A DNA stretch of 64,000 nucleotides, taken from the NCBI GenBank assembly GCA_047967505.1, contig CM106538.1; one strand, written 5' to 3'. Below are positions 11,479-25,900 of the stretch, piece by piece (the first letter of the stretch is position 1; each line of letters opens with the position of its first letter). The stretch comes from Dipteris shenzhenensis (lineage: Eukaryota). Below the pieces are notes generated by a model. That model searched no databases. It was not told where the DNA came from and worked only from the letters and a program-made list of their open reading frames with translations. The position numbers were made by a program, and so were the translations under genes.

Positions 11479-14400
11479 AAAATAAAATAATGCTGGACCT
11501 AGAATCTTTATACCATCATGTATTATCCTAAAACTTAAAATATTGAGTTTAAACGGTAGATCCTATTAGCTAAATGCTAAATTGGAAACCCATATTTATT
11601 AATAAGATCCTTACAAATTTGTATCACCATGAAACTTAAATAAAATAAAGTAATTAATGAAAGTAAAATAAAATAGAGTAATTTAATAAGAAGTTAGGGC
11701 TAATAGGTAGATTATTGAAAATAGACTAATGTTCTTCATAATTGTTATTATAGCTTGCTTGCAAAGGAGCTAGCTACAAATTTTGTTCTTGGGATGCAGG
11801 TGATATTATATTGCAAAAGAGAAGTAGTTGCATTTGCTACAATTCCATGATAGTGATCCAAATTCTCTTTATCACTTTAAAATACTTGGCGAAGATAAGG
11901 TGGCAGTTATTGTTTCAAATATTCTTAGTACACATGTTGAGCTAAAACATAAGTGTGGAGATATGAAATACTTGGAGATCTTAAGCCTTATAATGTTTTC
12001 AACAAATCATTTATTGCATGAGATAGAGATGAGACTTATACAACACATCTCATCAGAAATACAAAATGCATCTCTTTGGATTTCACTGTGGGAGATATTT
12101 TGCAAATGATATCATTTACAAATAACAATGTAGAGGAAGGTCAAGTGTTGGGGTTTGGACAAGTGAATCAGTGGTCATTTGTGCACATGAGGATTGTGAA
12201 AGCTACTAATCATGGTATGGATGATAACGTAGCCTCATTAGATGGTCCCTATTATGAGGAAGGAAAGGATTTGAGATGGAGCATGGAATTTTTGAAGATT
12301 AAGAAAAGACATGTCATTTTCAATTATAAAGATAAGGTATACTACAATTTCAAAGGACTTAAAGAATATGCCAACGAGCCAAGCTTTGTCCCTTCAGTTG
12401 TGGATGATTTTAATTTACTCAACTATAGAAGTGACATCTTATCAGGAGTGGATGAATTCATTTTGGTACCGAGAAAAAAAAAGATTTTAGAAGTGATGCC
12501 TTGTCTGGAGTGGATGAATTCATGCATATTGAGAAGGGCAAAGACATCAAAAGTGTAGTCCCTTTATTCTTGGATGATTTCAATGCAATCATATATAGAA
12601 GTGACATCTTATCAGGAGTGGATGAGTTGATTGGTACCAAGAAGGCAAAAGATTTTAGAAATGATATGTTATCTAGAGTCGATGAATTCATGCACATCGA
12701 GAAGGGAAAATATATCATTAGCATTGTCCCTTCAGACCTGGATGATTTCAATACACTCAACTATGGAAGTGATATCTTACCAGAAGTGGATGAGTTCATT
12801 GGTACCGAGAAGGTAAAAGATTTCAGAAGTGATGACTTATCTAGAGTGGATGAATTCACAGACATTGACAAGGGCAAAGAGTTCAAAAGTGTTGGCTTAT
12901 CAGGCATAGGTGACATGCATATGAATTTGAATGGCCCTATAATTGTATCAAAGACAAGAATGAGATCAATGAAGGACTATTCAATATTTGATTGTGATAA
13001 GATCAAGGATGCAACATCCCACATGAATACAAAGTGACGAATAAATATGACAGGAAGAAGTGCATAGATACAAATAAGGATGTACAGAAGAAACGGATTT
13101 GGATATATAGATGCATGAAGAGAAAGCTAGTCTAGGTAGATCTAGAAAAGCAACCAAAGAGAATAAGAGGAATGAATGAAGATGTTAGGCTAAAGGCAAT
13201 GAAACTTACATGTTGTACGCGTAAATGTATGCACTCGATTAACTTACATGACATCAAGGGATGTAGAGAACATGTGTGGCAAAGGAGAGGGAGAAAAAGA
13301 AATGAATACTTACTCACGAGACTCTGTTGCTTTCTTCTAAATGACAAAAAAAGGCCAAGTTCATGTCAAAAGATAAAGCCACTTATGAATGGAAAAAGTA
13401 TTTGCAATAATGCATATCACATTATTATAGGATTGTCACATGGCATGTATTGTGATTTGGCTAATAAAGCATAGGATGGAGTAAAATTTAGCATTCATGG
13501 TAACACATGAAGGCCCAAAACAAGAGCCTCAACTATTGCAACAACAACAATTTTGAAAGACTTCATTGATGAAAAGGCTTTATCTCAACCCCAACTATTT
13601 GAAACGCATCTTCTGATAGGCTTGACAAAAAAAGAAGTATTTAATTGTATTCTAGGAGAAACACAAAGGCAAAGAGGGTTGGAGCATCTTTCCATACTTT
13701 TTATACTCTTTGGACATTTTAAAATCCCAAAGAGGCAAAAAATATCAAAGTGTAGTGACTGTGATGATCTAAAGCGAGTACTTGAGAGTGCAATCTCTCT
13801 TGAACAAGGATTGCATATTCACGTAATCACGTGAATTTTCTTGTGACTACATGTCATGATGACGTATTTCATGCATTCACGGTTACAGTCATGACTTTAC
13901 GCTATCAAGTGGCCTTGACCTAGAAACTGGATACATACCGATAGTAAAAGTAATAGTTTTGATGGTAGTGCTAATAGTACCGCCGGTAAACTGATTATTA
14001 TCGATGGTAATAATGACCATATTGCTGGTACTTTTATTACCACCGGTATTTTAAGTATAACCATCAGTAAAATTATTACAACCGGTGGTATTAATCTTTT
14101 TACTACTGGTAGTACTACTACTACCAACAGTTATACTTGAACTACTGGCGGTAGTACTACCGCCTGAAAATATATGCCAACCGCCAGTGTCATTGTCCAC
14201 TAACAGTGGATTGAGAAGAGGTAAAAATCCTCCTCTCTCCATCTCTTGGACGAGGGGCTTGGTCCAGGAAGTGGTTCTTGGTCCCGCATCCTGAATAAGA
14301 TGGGGGGCTATTGGGACCACAACCTGGAACTAGGTTTCCTTGGCCCTCCACTTAACGGGGGGGGAGCGGGGGGGGTTTATAAAATTTTTTACAAAATCAT

Positions 14401-15220
14401 CTTGCATTTCTTGCATGCATGCATTGAAATCAAATTTTTTACGAAATTATCTTGCATGCATGCATTAAAATCAAAATTTTTATGAAATTATCTTGCATTT
14501 CATGCAAGCATGCATTGAAAGAATCATTTCTTGCATGCATGCATTTCATGTAATTAAAAATTTTGAATTGAAATCATTTGCATGCTTGCATTGAAATCAT
14601 TTGCATTTGCATTTCATGCATGCATAGGGTGGGAGTTACTTTTAGATGCCTACCTACTCACTATTGTGTGGCAACTGCAGCTGTTTGCTAGTGTCAAGCG
14701 AGAAAGCTTTCCGCACACACACATCAAGATCTAATTGCAAGCATGGCCTCAACTGCTGGCACTAAGTGAAAAGTAGGGGAAGAGCTAAGTTAGGGCGAGC
14801 GCAAGAGAGTGATGAGAAGCATTCGGGATGCCTTTTTTATTAGGATGTGCAACATGGAGGAGAGTGAGATGGAATGAACTATATCTAGTTTAGAGGAAGT
14901 TAGCACAATGAAGAGGAGGATTCTTGGTGATGCTAAGACCAGTTTGTAGTCTAAAGGTCACGATGACCTTGCAAGCTAGGTGCAATGGGAGATAGATGCC
15001 ATGCTTTGGGTTGATAGCTTTATTGGGAATGTAGAGACCCACTTCAACAAAGCATGCAATGCAGACCCTACTCTTGCACAAGAGTTTGATGTCTTCAAGT
15101 TAACACAATGGATGAGTGTATGGGCCAAGCACAAGAGTAAGGTTGTTACATCAGATTTCCGTGTCATAGTGGCTAAGCTAGGAAAAGAAGGCTGCAACAG
15201 CTTATGGGCAAGCTACGTCC

Positions 15221-16353
15221 TTGACTGCAAGTGAAGAGCAGCCAACCTCTACACCCTCTCAACCATTGAGAGGTGATGAGGTTCAAAGGGCACAACTCCT
15301 GGCTAGTAACATAGACAGAGTGTCAATCTTGGCTTATGTCACAGAGAGGGAGATCCAAGTTGGTGAGAAAATTGCTTCACGATCATATGGCACTGTTTTT
15401 AAAGTGCGTCTGGTAGGAGCTGCAAGGTTGCCATATCACAAGGAATATGCCAAAAAGAAGTACAAGGGCAATATTGGTATGTGTACACGAGAAGAAAGGA
15501 GAGAACAACTCATGCACATTTTACACCCAGTCCTTGTACGTGTGATCGCAGCAACCCGAGAAGAGCCATAGTGGACCATCACACCATACTTTAATGGTGG
15601 TAGCTTGTTCCAATTTCTTCAAATTCTGCCAATGGACCAGGGTAGGTTCACATGCTACTTCCACCATGTTCTAAGAGGAGGATCGGATCTAATGGCCATA
15701 GCAAGCGGGGAAATCCCAGCTACATTGGAGAAGGAAGACATTGCTCGAATCAATGTCTTTTGTGAGAATCTACTCCATATCATCCATGCACTTGTGGATG
15801 GTTTGGGAAGGCTGCATGCAGGAAGGTGGATGCACACAGACTTGCACCTATATTGGATTTTGTTGGAAAGCCTAGATGTCGAGTAGGCATCATAGATTGA
15901 GGGATGGCCACAGAGTTCTCGGAGAGTCGAAAGGCATTCAAGCATCTGAAGAAGCAGTCTTTAAAGACAAATGCCGACTTAGCTAAGAGAGTTCACAGGA
16001 AAGAGGAAGAGCATGGGCAAAAAAAGTTGCTTGCATCCAAGCTACAAGAAGTAGCCTTAAGCGGTAGATATACATGCCATGCAGATACCTATGCATTGGG
16101 ATGGATCATTGTTGAGATGATTCATTTTTTTGAGGATGCTTGAGGTTATATTGAGAATGATTGAAAAATGCCTCCCTCTCATGTTGTTAATGCCATTAAA
16201 CGTCATGCACATGAACAAATGATGCATCGCATTGCGGATCAGAGAAAGCCGCCTACAGAGACAAGTGATATCTTAAAGAGAGTGGAATGTGAGGGAGAAT
16301 TGGCTATGAGACCTATGGAAGAGATGTCTCTTGCCCTTAAGCTTGCAACATAA
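15221..16353 (+). pseudogene. Protein kinase-like pseudogene (hAT cargo)
   Basis: Subdomain order IASRSYGTVFKV / YAKK / HPVLV / PYFNGGSL / LHAGRWMHTDLH / VGIID*GMA / ADTYALGWIIVEM, with in-frame stops and a frameshift. Confidence 0.75.
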
Positions 16354-16755
16354 GCCACATATTTTGCCTTGTAATATTTTTGGGACACCATGTGCCTGTC
16401 AAACTTATCGTAATAAACTTCTTGTTAAAAAACAAAAATATTGGCCTTGAAAGCATTTATGATTCAAAAAAGATGTCATTTATGTTGTGGATGTACGTCC
16501 TTTTATATCTTATAAAGATTGCAACAATTGAAAGCATTTATTCAAGATAGCAACATGTACATTTTGCATAGCATTTGTAACATCTTTATCGTTTATCAAG
16601 CATATTGTACGTGACATTTGCATCTTGTCTCCTATCTCACACAAGATGAACTCACAAATATTGAATTTGATGCATGCAGACTTTGCATACTGCACTCAAG
16701 GCATTTATCTATACTGTGCTATCCAAACTACAGTATCTACACTACACTTTTGGAA

Positions 16756-17928
16756 ATGTCACAAGGAGAGGATACTCATCCGCACAAGGAGGAGGAAGTC
16801 TTCAAAAGAGTAGGCAAGCATCCATTGATACAAGACGAGGTTGAAGAGGAGGCTCGACGTGCTGAGCATCAACGGTTACAGTTTGAGCGCCCAAGCATGT
16901 GGCAGAGACTATTGCACGTACATCCGTGTACACTCAACCTGGTGGTCTGTATGTTTAATAATCAATTTTTGTTTAAAGATATTACCAATAAGTATTTGAA
17001 TAGCAATCAACACCATCGGCGTTGGTTTGGCAGGCATGCAATGGAAAGAACTAAACAAGTTGGTCTCCAAACAAGAGCTCTATGCAATCTGGCCCTTACA
17101 GGCATATGAAGAGGTAGCCTCAGGCACTCATGCGAGGAGACGTAGAAGAACAAAGGGAGATGGAAACACCCCAACCCAAGCTTTGGACCAGCACGGGAGG
17201 TGGAAGATAGACAATTACCAAGACGAATGGATTTGGCAAAATGCCAGGCAAATATAAGTCGAGGTATATGGAAAGCCCCGACACCATAATGAAGTGGCGA
17301 TGTACTTCGCCAAATTCTTGTACGTGCACTTTATTAAGGGTATACAGGTGGACTTCTCCTCTGACAAGTGTACGCATGGTCATACAGAAGTGATGATCAC
17401 CCAATCACAATTGTCTACGGCATGGAGGGTGCACGTGGCCCACTGGAGCAACAAGTGGTGCAACTTCACAAAGAGAATGTGGCCTCCTGGTTTGAGTAGG
17501 TCCAATGCCTAGAGACTGAAAGGCCACGAACTGAGCCAAAGTTGCAGAACGAGAATATTGCTCTACGTGCCCAATTGAAGAGCTTGGAGGACCTCAACAC
17601 ATGGTTGCAACAAGAGGCCCATGAAGCACGTGTAACACTAATCAGCAAAGATGCAAGCGTGGAGGTGTAGTTAGCTATTTGTCGCCATCCATCCTCACAA
17701 CCATATGCCGTGGAACCCCTTCCCTCAGATAGCCCAAACAATTGCTTGTGCCCAATATGCCAATGCTTGTTTGATAATTGTATTGGCTATTACTCTCTGC
17801 CTTGTGGCCATAAATTTCATCTTTATTGTCTAGTAGATTACTTGCCAACTAGATCAATTTGTCCATCCCAACTATCAATGGTATTGTACATGGTGTTGGG
17901 CTTAGGACAATTGTATCCAAGACCATGA
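16756..17928 (+). pseudogene. Decayed gene of unknown function ending in a coiled-coil and a RING-H2 finger (hAT cargo)
   Basis: Chain of broken plus-strand ORFs, ending CPICQCLFDNCIGYYSLPCGHKFHLYCLVDYLPTRSICP (C3H2C3-type spacing, last Cys lost). Confidence 0.55.
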
Positions 17929-18446
17929 CATTGAATGAAGTTCATGACCATGTATACAATCTCTTTATGATGGAAATATATGCCTTTGTTTTAAGTTAAT
18001 TGAAGTTCTATTATGGTGTTCTATGTGGTGAGATTCATATATTTAAATGCTTAGTGATTAATTTATATGCATCCAATGTTCATAATTATTTTGCATTATG
18101 CAATCAAAAAATCCATCACATGCAATCCTAAAGTCATCAATTGGAATAGTGTCAATATATTAGTTCATAATAGATAATTTAAGGAAGGCTATGGTTAATT
18201 GAAAGCAAATAATTTAATTGCATCAAGGAATGCTATGGTTATTTCATAATAAATAATTTAAGGAAGGCTATGGTTGCATCAATTGGAATTTGGAATGTAA
18301 AACACTATGCAATCTTATATAAAGTAAACTTTAAACTTTAATCATTATAAAAAATATAAAGTAAACTTTAAAAGCATTTTCTATTTGCCATTGAAATATC
18401 ATTATACGCACTTTCATCACAAGCACCCTCTCTCTCACTCTCTCAC

Positions 18447-18744
18447 GATTAAAACTTATCTCTAAAGTCATTAAACTTTGCACATGCTTCTTCCACACTT
18501 CCTTGCATATGATTCTATTGCATATGAGACAAAGTGGTATGCCAGTTGCCATGCTCTTGATCAATTGAACTTGGTCAAGAGCACAACAATTGGCATTACC
18601 ACCCAGAAGCCTATGCGATGGCGACACGGAAGAAACAAAGCCCAAACCCTAAACACAAGACATTTACAATGCACAACAAGATAATTCTTGTCCAACCCTA
18701 AACTACAAGCTTAAGTCACATGCCTCCATCACATGCAATCCTAA

Positions 18745-18790
<46 letters not shown>

Positions 18791-19105
18791 TGCACACACA
18801 TACACACACAATTAAAACTTATCTTTAAAGTCATTAAAGAAAAAAGTTACCAAAGACAAGAAATTAAACTTTGCACATGCTTCTTCCTCACGTCGTCATA
18901 TAGGATTCTATTGGCAATTGCATATGAGACAGAGTGGTATGCCAGTTGCCATGCTCTTGATCAATTGAACTTTGTCAAGAGCACAACAATTGGCATTACA
19001 ACCCAGAAGCCTATGGGATGACGACAAGGAAGAAGCAAAGCCCAAACCCTAAACACAAGATATTTACAATGCACAATAAGACAATTCTTATCCAACCCTA
19101 AACCG
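18447..19105. repeat. About 270-bp tandem duplication separated by a (CT)n(CA)n microsatellite
   Basis: 18447-18710 aligns with 18811-19105; microsatellite at 18751-18810. Confidence 0.85.
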
Positions 19106-19170
19106 CAACTTGCAATCAAAAAACAAGAACACATTCAGAATACAATGAGACATTCAAAACCCTATTGCCA

Positions 19171-19989
19171 TCATTGCCACAATTCATGAGTCACTATCCT
19201 CATCATGTTCGTCATCAATGTCCTCATCTTCAAACCCATGTGGAAGGCGGATATTATTTCCTTTATCTTCATCAGATTCATCCTCTTCATCGCTATCTTC
19301 CTCAGATGTTGCACCAGATGTGGAAGGCGGATATTATTTCCTTTATCTTCATCAGATTCATCCTCTTCTTGGGGTTCTGGAATCTGCAACGATGGGACTA
19401 CGTCAGGTTGTATAGCATCTGGCGGGATATCGTAGGTCCATTTTGGAACTTTCTCCTCATATCCCACATCTCCTAATGTTTCTAGGATTTTATGATTGGC
19501 ATAGATGTACACTAACTTCTCAGCCCGATCCCCTAGAAGTTTATTTCGTAAAGTACTGTGAATGTACTTGTAATGACTCCAGTTTCTTTCTGAGCCTAAG
19601 TTTGAGCATGTCTAAGAAAGAACCCTCATTGCAATCAGGCGTAGAAGCTCACACATGCCACCATTCATCATCCACCATTTCCAAGTAGATGTAGTTTCTG
19701 CCAATGCTTGAACATCGCTCGATGCAAACAACCCCTCCTTGCATTGATACTTGGCTAACTCATTACAACACTTTGAAAACTCATGGTTGTGGGGATAATA
19801 TTGTTGCACCACCTTATGAAAGTCATGCATAACAATTGGGATCTCTTCGGGTTTCATATTCCACCACTCGTAGTCTAAAAGATACCCAACACTATGCAAT
19901 GGATTATGAGCTTGCTCCCATTGCGGCCTAAATAATTGCCACAATTCCTTGTGTTTTGTAGCATTAAATGGTCTTCTCTCATTATCTTG
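19171..19989 (-). pseudogene. hAT transposase, C-terminal part (dimerisation domain)
   Basis: WEQAHNPLHSVGYLLD and WWMMNGGMCELLRLIAMRVLS, followed by an acidic tail. Joins the 30710-32379 segment in frame when the CACTA is removed. Confidence 0.85.
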
Positions 19990-20649
19990 CACAACAACAC
20001 AAAGCACCCACAGACACACACACAGACGCATTTCCTTAACTTTAAAAAAAACTTACAGGTGCATCTATTTGTGTGTCTATAGACCCACATCTATAGGCGT
20101 GTCTATATAACAGATACATGCACCTATAGACGTGCTTTTAGACGCTCTGTAGAAATTTAAAAAAACAAAAAGATGCATGCATGGACGCGCTTATAGACGC
20201 TCTACAAAATCTTTTTTTTTAATAAAAGCAAAATTTTGTGTGGTTGAATAGAATGATGGTATGTTGTGTATGCTATGTGGTTACACAAATCCCATTTCCA
20301 CATTGTGCAATTCAATTCTTACAGCCAACCTCATTTTAATGAGCACGATTCCAAGCACGTCTATAGTTGACGATTACAATTCTGAATAAAACATTACAAC
20401 TCCAAAACGTTTAGTTCACAAGGCATTCATTGATAGAACGTTGTACAAGAAAATTAAAAGCCAAAAAAATAAAAGGAGTGTATATAAATTCATAGCCCAA
20501 AAAGTGCTTGTATGTACATATAGCATGAAGCCAAGCCACGTCCCATGGCTTCAAGTATAAAAAATAAGAGGAGTGTATATACAAGAAAGACACGAAACCA
20601 AGCCAATGGCTTTAAGTACAAAAAAGAGTAGCTAGCACTACTTCTGCAA

Positions 20650-22023
20650 CTAATCTAAGTTCTGCACATTCTCGCTCCCTTCTTCGCTCCCTTCTTCCTC
20701 ATCTTCTTCCTCCTGATCAGCCCTAGGGCCCTGTAAATGAGGGACAACATGTATCAATGTATGAAAAATCAAATATTTATTTACAATATTGATATTATTT
20801 AATTACTTTTAAATACCTAGGGGGATGCTCTAATAGCGCAGATATACTGCTCCTCAGTAATCAACCAGTCATCATAGCAGTGCCTCCATGTATCTCCTCT
20901 GTGATGGTGGCAGTGGTAGGCTATCTCGACAGGAGTAGGGTACCTGCCCATGATATCAAGCTACAAGATGACACAATTTGCGAAGGGGTTAGTACAAAGA
21001 AACAACCTCCTAATAAACCACATAAACACAATATAATTTGAGATCGATACTTACAAATTGGGCCTCCCATGATTCAACACCCCCTGCTCCAAAATGCACG
21101 TTTCCATATTACTCCATTTGGATCCTTCGTGCCTCCACTTGCTGCAGACTGGGGTCTGGACTGGGGTCTGCCTTTATTGCTTTCTTCCACTCACGCTTGT
21201 GAGCCGTGTGGGGCTGGCCCCTTGGTGATTGACCTCCCTCTCTCCTGGCAACCTCAGCTAGTGCCTGCCTCTTAAGCGAATATCTTTGACTTGGCCCATT
21301 AATCTGTGAACTGAACATTCGGGGGATTGGGATACCTAGAGCGAATAGTAGTGAGGGTCTCATTAGCCAACTTTTTTGGCTGGTCTTTGTAGTGAATAAA
21401 GCAATCTCTGTAGTTGTTAGCAATTATAGAGCGCATGAAGGCCATGATGTCCTTCCCTTGTGCATCCATCAAGATGTCTCCTATTTGAGTGATGTCATAG
21501 AAGATCGTACCATCACCCTCTGGCACATCTGCATCATCTGAATCATCCCCACCCCCACCATTAACCCCCGCAAAGCACTACGCCATGCATCCCCCACCGC
21601 TCTCCTTGCTACTACGCCTGTTGCCCTATCGTGTTGAGCTAGAACACTGGCCACTCATAGCTGGAGATGCGACTCTCGACTGCACAAGAGTACACTGGCC
21701 AATCATAGCTGGAGAAGGGACTCTCGACTGCGCGGGAGTACGCAGGCGGCTCTGTGAGGCAAAAGGGTCTTCTAACTGCAAGGGGGGAGAAGGGGCTCGG
21801 CTCTATAGTCGGCTGGGTTGTCTCGACTCCATTGGGGTAATCTTAGCTGGTGTGGGGTTGGGGTGGTTTGGAGTCTATACTACTGACTCTTAGGGGTGTT
21901 TAGAGTACCCGTCATGTATGTGTATAACTCCCGAGGAGTGGGAGGGTGCCTCGAAATGTTATATAACTCCCGAAAGATGGCATCCTGAAGATCAGGTGAG
22001 GCTGAAGAGCTTCCTGGCTACAT
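20650..22023 (-). pseudogene. TnpA-like/ORF2 pseudogene of CACTA copy 2
   Basis: Homologous to 917-2379 (GDGTIFYDITQ, IANNYRDCFIHYKD, KRQALAE). Codon 2 is TAG where copy 1 has TGG, and there are deletions. Confidence 0.75.
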
Positions 22024-22209
22024 GATGAATTGAAGAAAAGAAAAGAAGAAGATTACCATCGAGCATGCCCTCTTTCCATCATGCAAAATAAAAAATAGAG
22101 TGACAACCTGACATTGAGCAAGCATTTACAGACTCCTGCATTCTTTGAATTAGAGTAACGGAAGTCTGTATCTGCTTGCTCAATGTCAGGCTATTGAAGC
22201 TTCACGTGG

Positions 22210-22955
22210 GGAAAAAGAGAGAAGGAAAGAGAGGAGAAAAGAGAGGAAAAGAGAGGAAAAGAGAGGTAACAAGAGAGGATAAAAGAGATTTAAAGGAGAA
22301 AAGAGAGGAAAAGAGACACAAACAGAGAAAAAGAGAGAGTGAAAAGAGAAAAAGTGAGGATAAAAGACAGAAAAAGAGAGAAGGAAAGAGAGGAGAAAAG
22401 AGAGGAGAAAAAAGAGAGAAAAAGAGAGGAGATAAGAGAGAAAAAGAGACGAAAAGAGACGAAAAGAGAGGATAAAAGAGAGAAGGAAAAAGAGAGAAAA
22501 AGTGAGGATAAAAGAGAGAAAAAGAGAGAAGGAAAGAGAGGAGAAAAAAGAGAGAAAAAGAGAGGAGATAAGAGAGAAAAAGAGAGGAGAAAAGAGAAGG
22601 AAAGAGATGAAAAGAGAGAAAAAGTGAGGATAAAAGAGAGAAAAAGAGAGAAGGAAAGAGAGGAGAAAAGAGAGGAGAAAAAAGAGAGAAAAAGAGAGGA
22701 GATAAGAGAGAAAAAGAGAGGAGAAAAGAGAGGAAAAGAGATGAAAAGAGAGAAGGAAAGAGAGGATAAAAGAAAGAAGGAAAAAGAGAGAAAAAGTGAG
22801 GATAAAAGAGAGAAAAAGAGAGAAGGAAAGAGATGAGAAAAGAGAGGAAAAGAGAGGAGAAAAAAGAGAGGAGATAAGAGAGAAAAAGAGAGGAGAAAAT
22901 AGAAGGAAAGAAAGGAGAAAAGAGAGAAAAAGAGAGGAAAAAAGAGAAAAGAAGA
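22210..22955. repeat. About 750-bp polypurine (A/G) compound minisatellite
   Basis: Units such as aaaagagag, agaggag and gaggataaaagagag. Almost no pyrimidines on the plus strand. Absent from CACTA copy 1. Confidence 0.9.
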
Positions 22956-25900
22956 ATGCTCCATTATGCATGCCCTCTTTCTTTATCCCGCCTTCATGCT
23001 TCAGTCCAATTTTCCTCTTTCTTGGACCCGCCCTCATACAATCACTTATTTCCATCATTCATGCAATCCCTTATTTCCTCACAAATGCAATCCCTTTCTT
23101 CATTCATGCAATCCCTTTCCATCATTCATGCAATCACTTATTTCCATCATTCATGCAATCCCTTTCTTGGAAGGGGAAGGGGAAGGGTCAGAGAAGGAAA
23201 AGGAAGGGAAAGGGGAACGGGAAGGGGAAAGGGAAGAACACACAAGAAAAACTACTATAGTGCATCTATAGACGCGTCTAACAGTGCGTCTATAGATGCA
23301 TCTAATAGCGCGTCTACAAGCGCGGCTATCTTTTTTTCCAAAAATTAGATGCGCTGTTTGATGCGTCTATAAATGCACTCCGATAGACGTCTTTTTGAAA
23401 GAAACTGAAAAGGACATGCGCCCAATTCCAAAAAGAACAACACTAGTACCAAAAACATCCCTTCCCTACATACGACAAAGGACGAATCCAAAGAGAGCAA
23501 CTTCCAAAGAAGACCAACCGCCAAGAGACTTATCTTGGATAGAGGTATGGAAGCTTCTTGTCCTTCTTGAAAGCTGCTTCTCTTTCTTCTCTTTCTTGTT
23601 CACCCTCTTCTCTTGTATGCTTAGGGATGACTATGTAAGCCTCGCGATGAGTGTTGGTGCTTGGAGATAAGTGTGGATGCCTGGAGCTATGTCTATTAAT
23701 AGAAAAGCAAGCCGTGCGATGCTAAAAGTATGTGAAGGAAAGCAAACGTGCTAAAAGTAGGTTCGAAAATCAGCTGCAATCTACACATCTAAAAGTGTGT
23801 CTAAACACGCATCTAAAAGTGCGTCTATCAATGCATCTACACTGTGTTTTAGATGTGCCTATAGATGTGTTCCACAGTACAGACATGGTGTTAGACATGC
23901 TTTTAGATGCTACACAGAGTTTTGACATTTACAACTCATGCAAGAACACATTTTTTGGGTTGTTTATCTATAGGATGTCTTCATCTTCAACAAGTAGCTC
24001 TAGTAAAGATGAATGCCTCCATATCCACCATTGTGAAATATGGTTGGAGCAAAAAATCAAATGCATGTGTGATCGATCTCGAGGAAACATGTATCGTGCA
24101 TGCACAATTACACTCAATCACATCTCAAAGTATGGAGAATGGGATGCGACCGTAAACATGGCAAGTGTTAAAGAGTTAAGGTTGATATAGATACCTATGG
24201 GTATTCATCATGTGTTTGATATATGATCCTTTTTAAAATACAGGATGCAGTGCCACACCTGCATATGTTGCCCTATGCTCGTTGTGAGGATGCGAAGCGT
24301 CGGTGATATGAGGTGGGATCTTCAGGAGGGACCGTTACGGATGCATGGAGTGATGGTGGTAGTAGCCCTCTGCCATTACCTCATGAGGCCGTGGAGGAGG
24401 AGGTGATTGATGATATGGTGTGGGATTTATATATCCATAAGTCCTCAGGTAGGGATGATAGCATGGAGCAGGATGATCTTTTTATTGTAGCATCAACTCC
24501 ACTATTTGAGGGGTGCACATTCTCTATTCTACGTGCCTCCCTTGAGTTTCTAAACTTGCAGACCAGAGCAATGCAAGTTTGAATACATTACTCAAGTAAG
24601 CTTTAAAGTCTATTTTGCAAACATGGTGAATTATGCTAGTGGGTCAATTACTGGAATGCTTTTTCTCATTTATGGTCTTCACGTGCATACTCTTCACGTG
24701 CATGCTATTGTGTAAAATGCTTCCAAGGGAGAATAATTACCGACCTCAAGAGATATGGCAAGGCAACATGTGACCTCTCTTGGAGGATTAGATTACAAGC
24801 GCATCCATGCATGCGTCAACGATTGTGTTCTATTTCGTGGACCACATAAGGATGCAAGAGTGTCCTACTTGTGGAGAGACAAGATATAGAGCAAATCTCA
24901 AAAATTTGGATGTGCCTCGTAAGGTTCTATGACATTTTCCCATAATCCCTCGCATTCAAGTGCAAATCCATTGCAGAGCTCATGTCATGGCATTCCTTCC
25001 ATCGATTAGCCAATGGCAAGTGGGAAACTCCCAAAGACACTTGGCCAAGCTTCAAGGAAGAAACTAGGAGCTTGAGACTTGGATTGGGTATGGATGGTGT
25101 GAACCCATTTGGTCTCAAAAGCACCTCTTACAGTGTATGGCTAGTGATATTAGTGAATTATAATCTTCCACCCTCTATGGCGATTAAGGAAGGACATGTT
25201 ATGTTATCTCTTCTAATTCCAGGGAAACATAAAGTAAAAAATCTTGATGTTTATTTGGAGCCTTTGATTGATGAACTAGAGATACTTTGGAGAGGTATTG
25301 AGGTGCATGATGTGAGTAGGTCTGCCTCGTCACGAGACTTCAATTGCAAAGCAATCTTGATGTGGACGATGCATGACTTCCCAGGCTATGGTGAATGTTC
25401 AGGTAAGCATTGAACTTTTAATTATGAGTAGGCAATTGATGTGGCACCTTGAACCCACCTTGAACTCTTAATTGTGTCTACATCGGGTTACCATGCATGT
25501 CTTGTTTGTGGTCCTTTGCTAGTTGCCTCATGGGCAGATGCATTGAATAAGGTCATCTATGAGAATCACCATCAATTTCTTCCACCTGATCATCCTAGCT
25601 ATGTTGCCCCTTGGAATGAAGTCCCCCCACAATCACTCACTGTAGGAGATTGGATGAGAATTTGGGATGGTTCCATGACTCCTCCACCACTTGACATGAG
25701 CTGGTAAGGGTTTGTAACTATTACGTGCTATATTGAATGGAAATAAAGATTGCATGCTAACACTAGCTTTTGTTTAGATACTCCATCTTTTATCGACTAC
25801 CATATTAGTCCCACCTCAAGATCAATCACCTGCTTGATCCCATGCATATCTTCAAGAATGTGGCATCTACCATTTGGGAACATTTGAATGGGACACGAGA

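Noticed and set aside
22176-23260. Lys/Arg/Glu-rich and Phe/Leu/Ser-rich ORFs
   Set aside because: Translation of the polypurine minisatellite.
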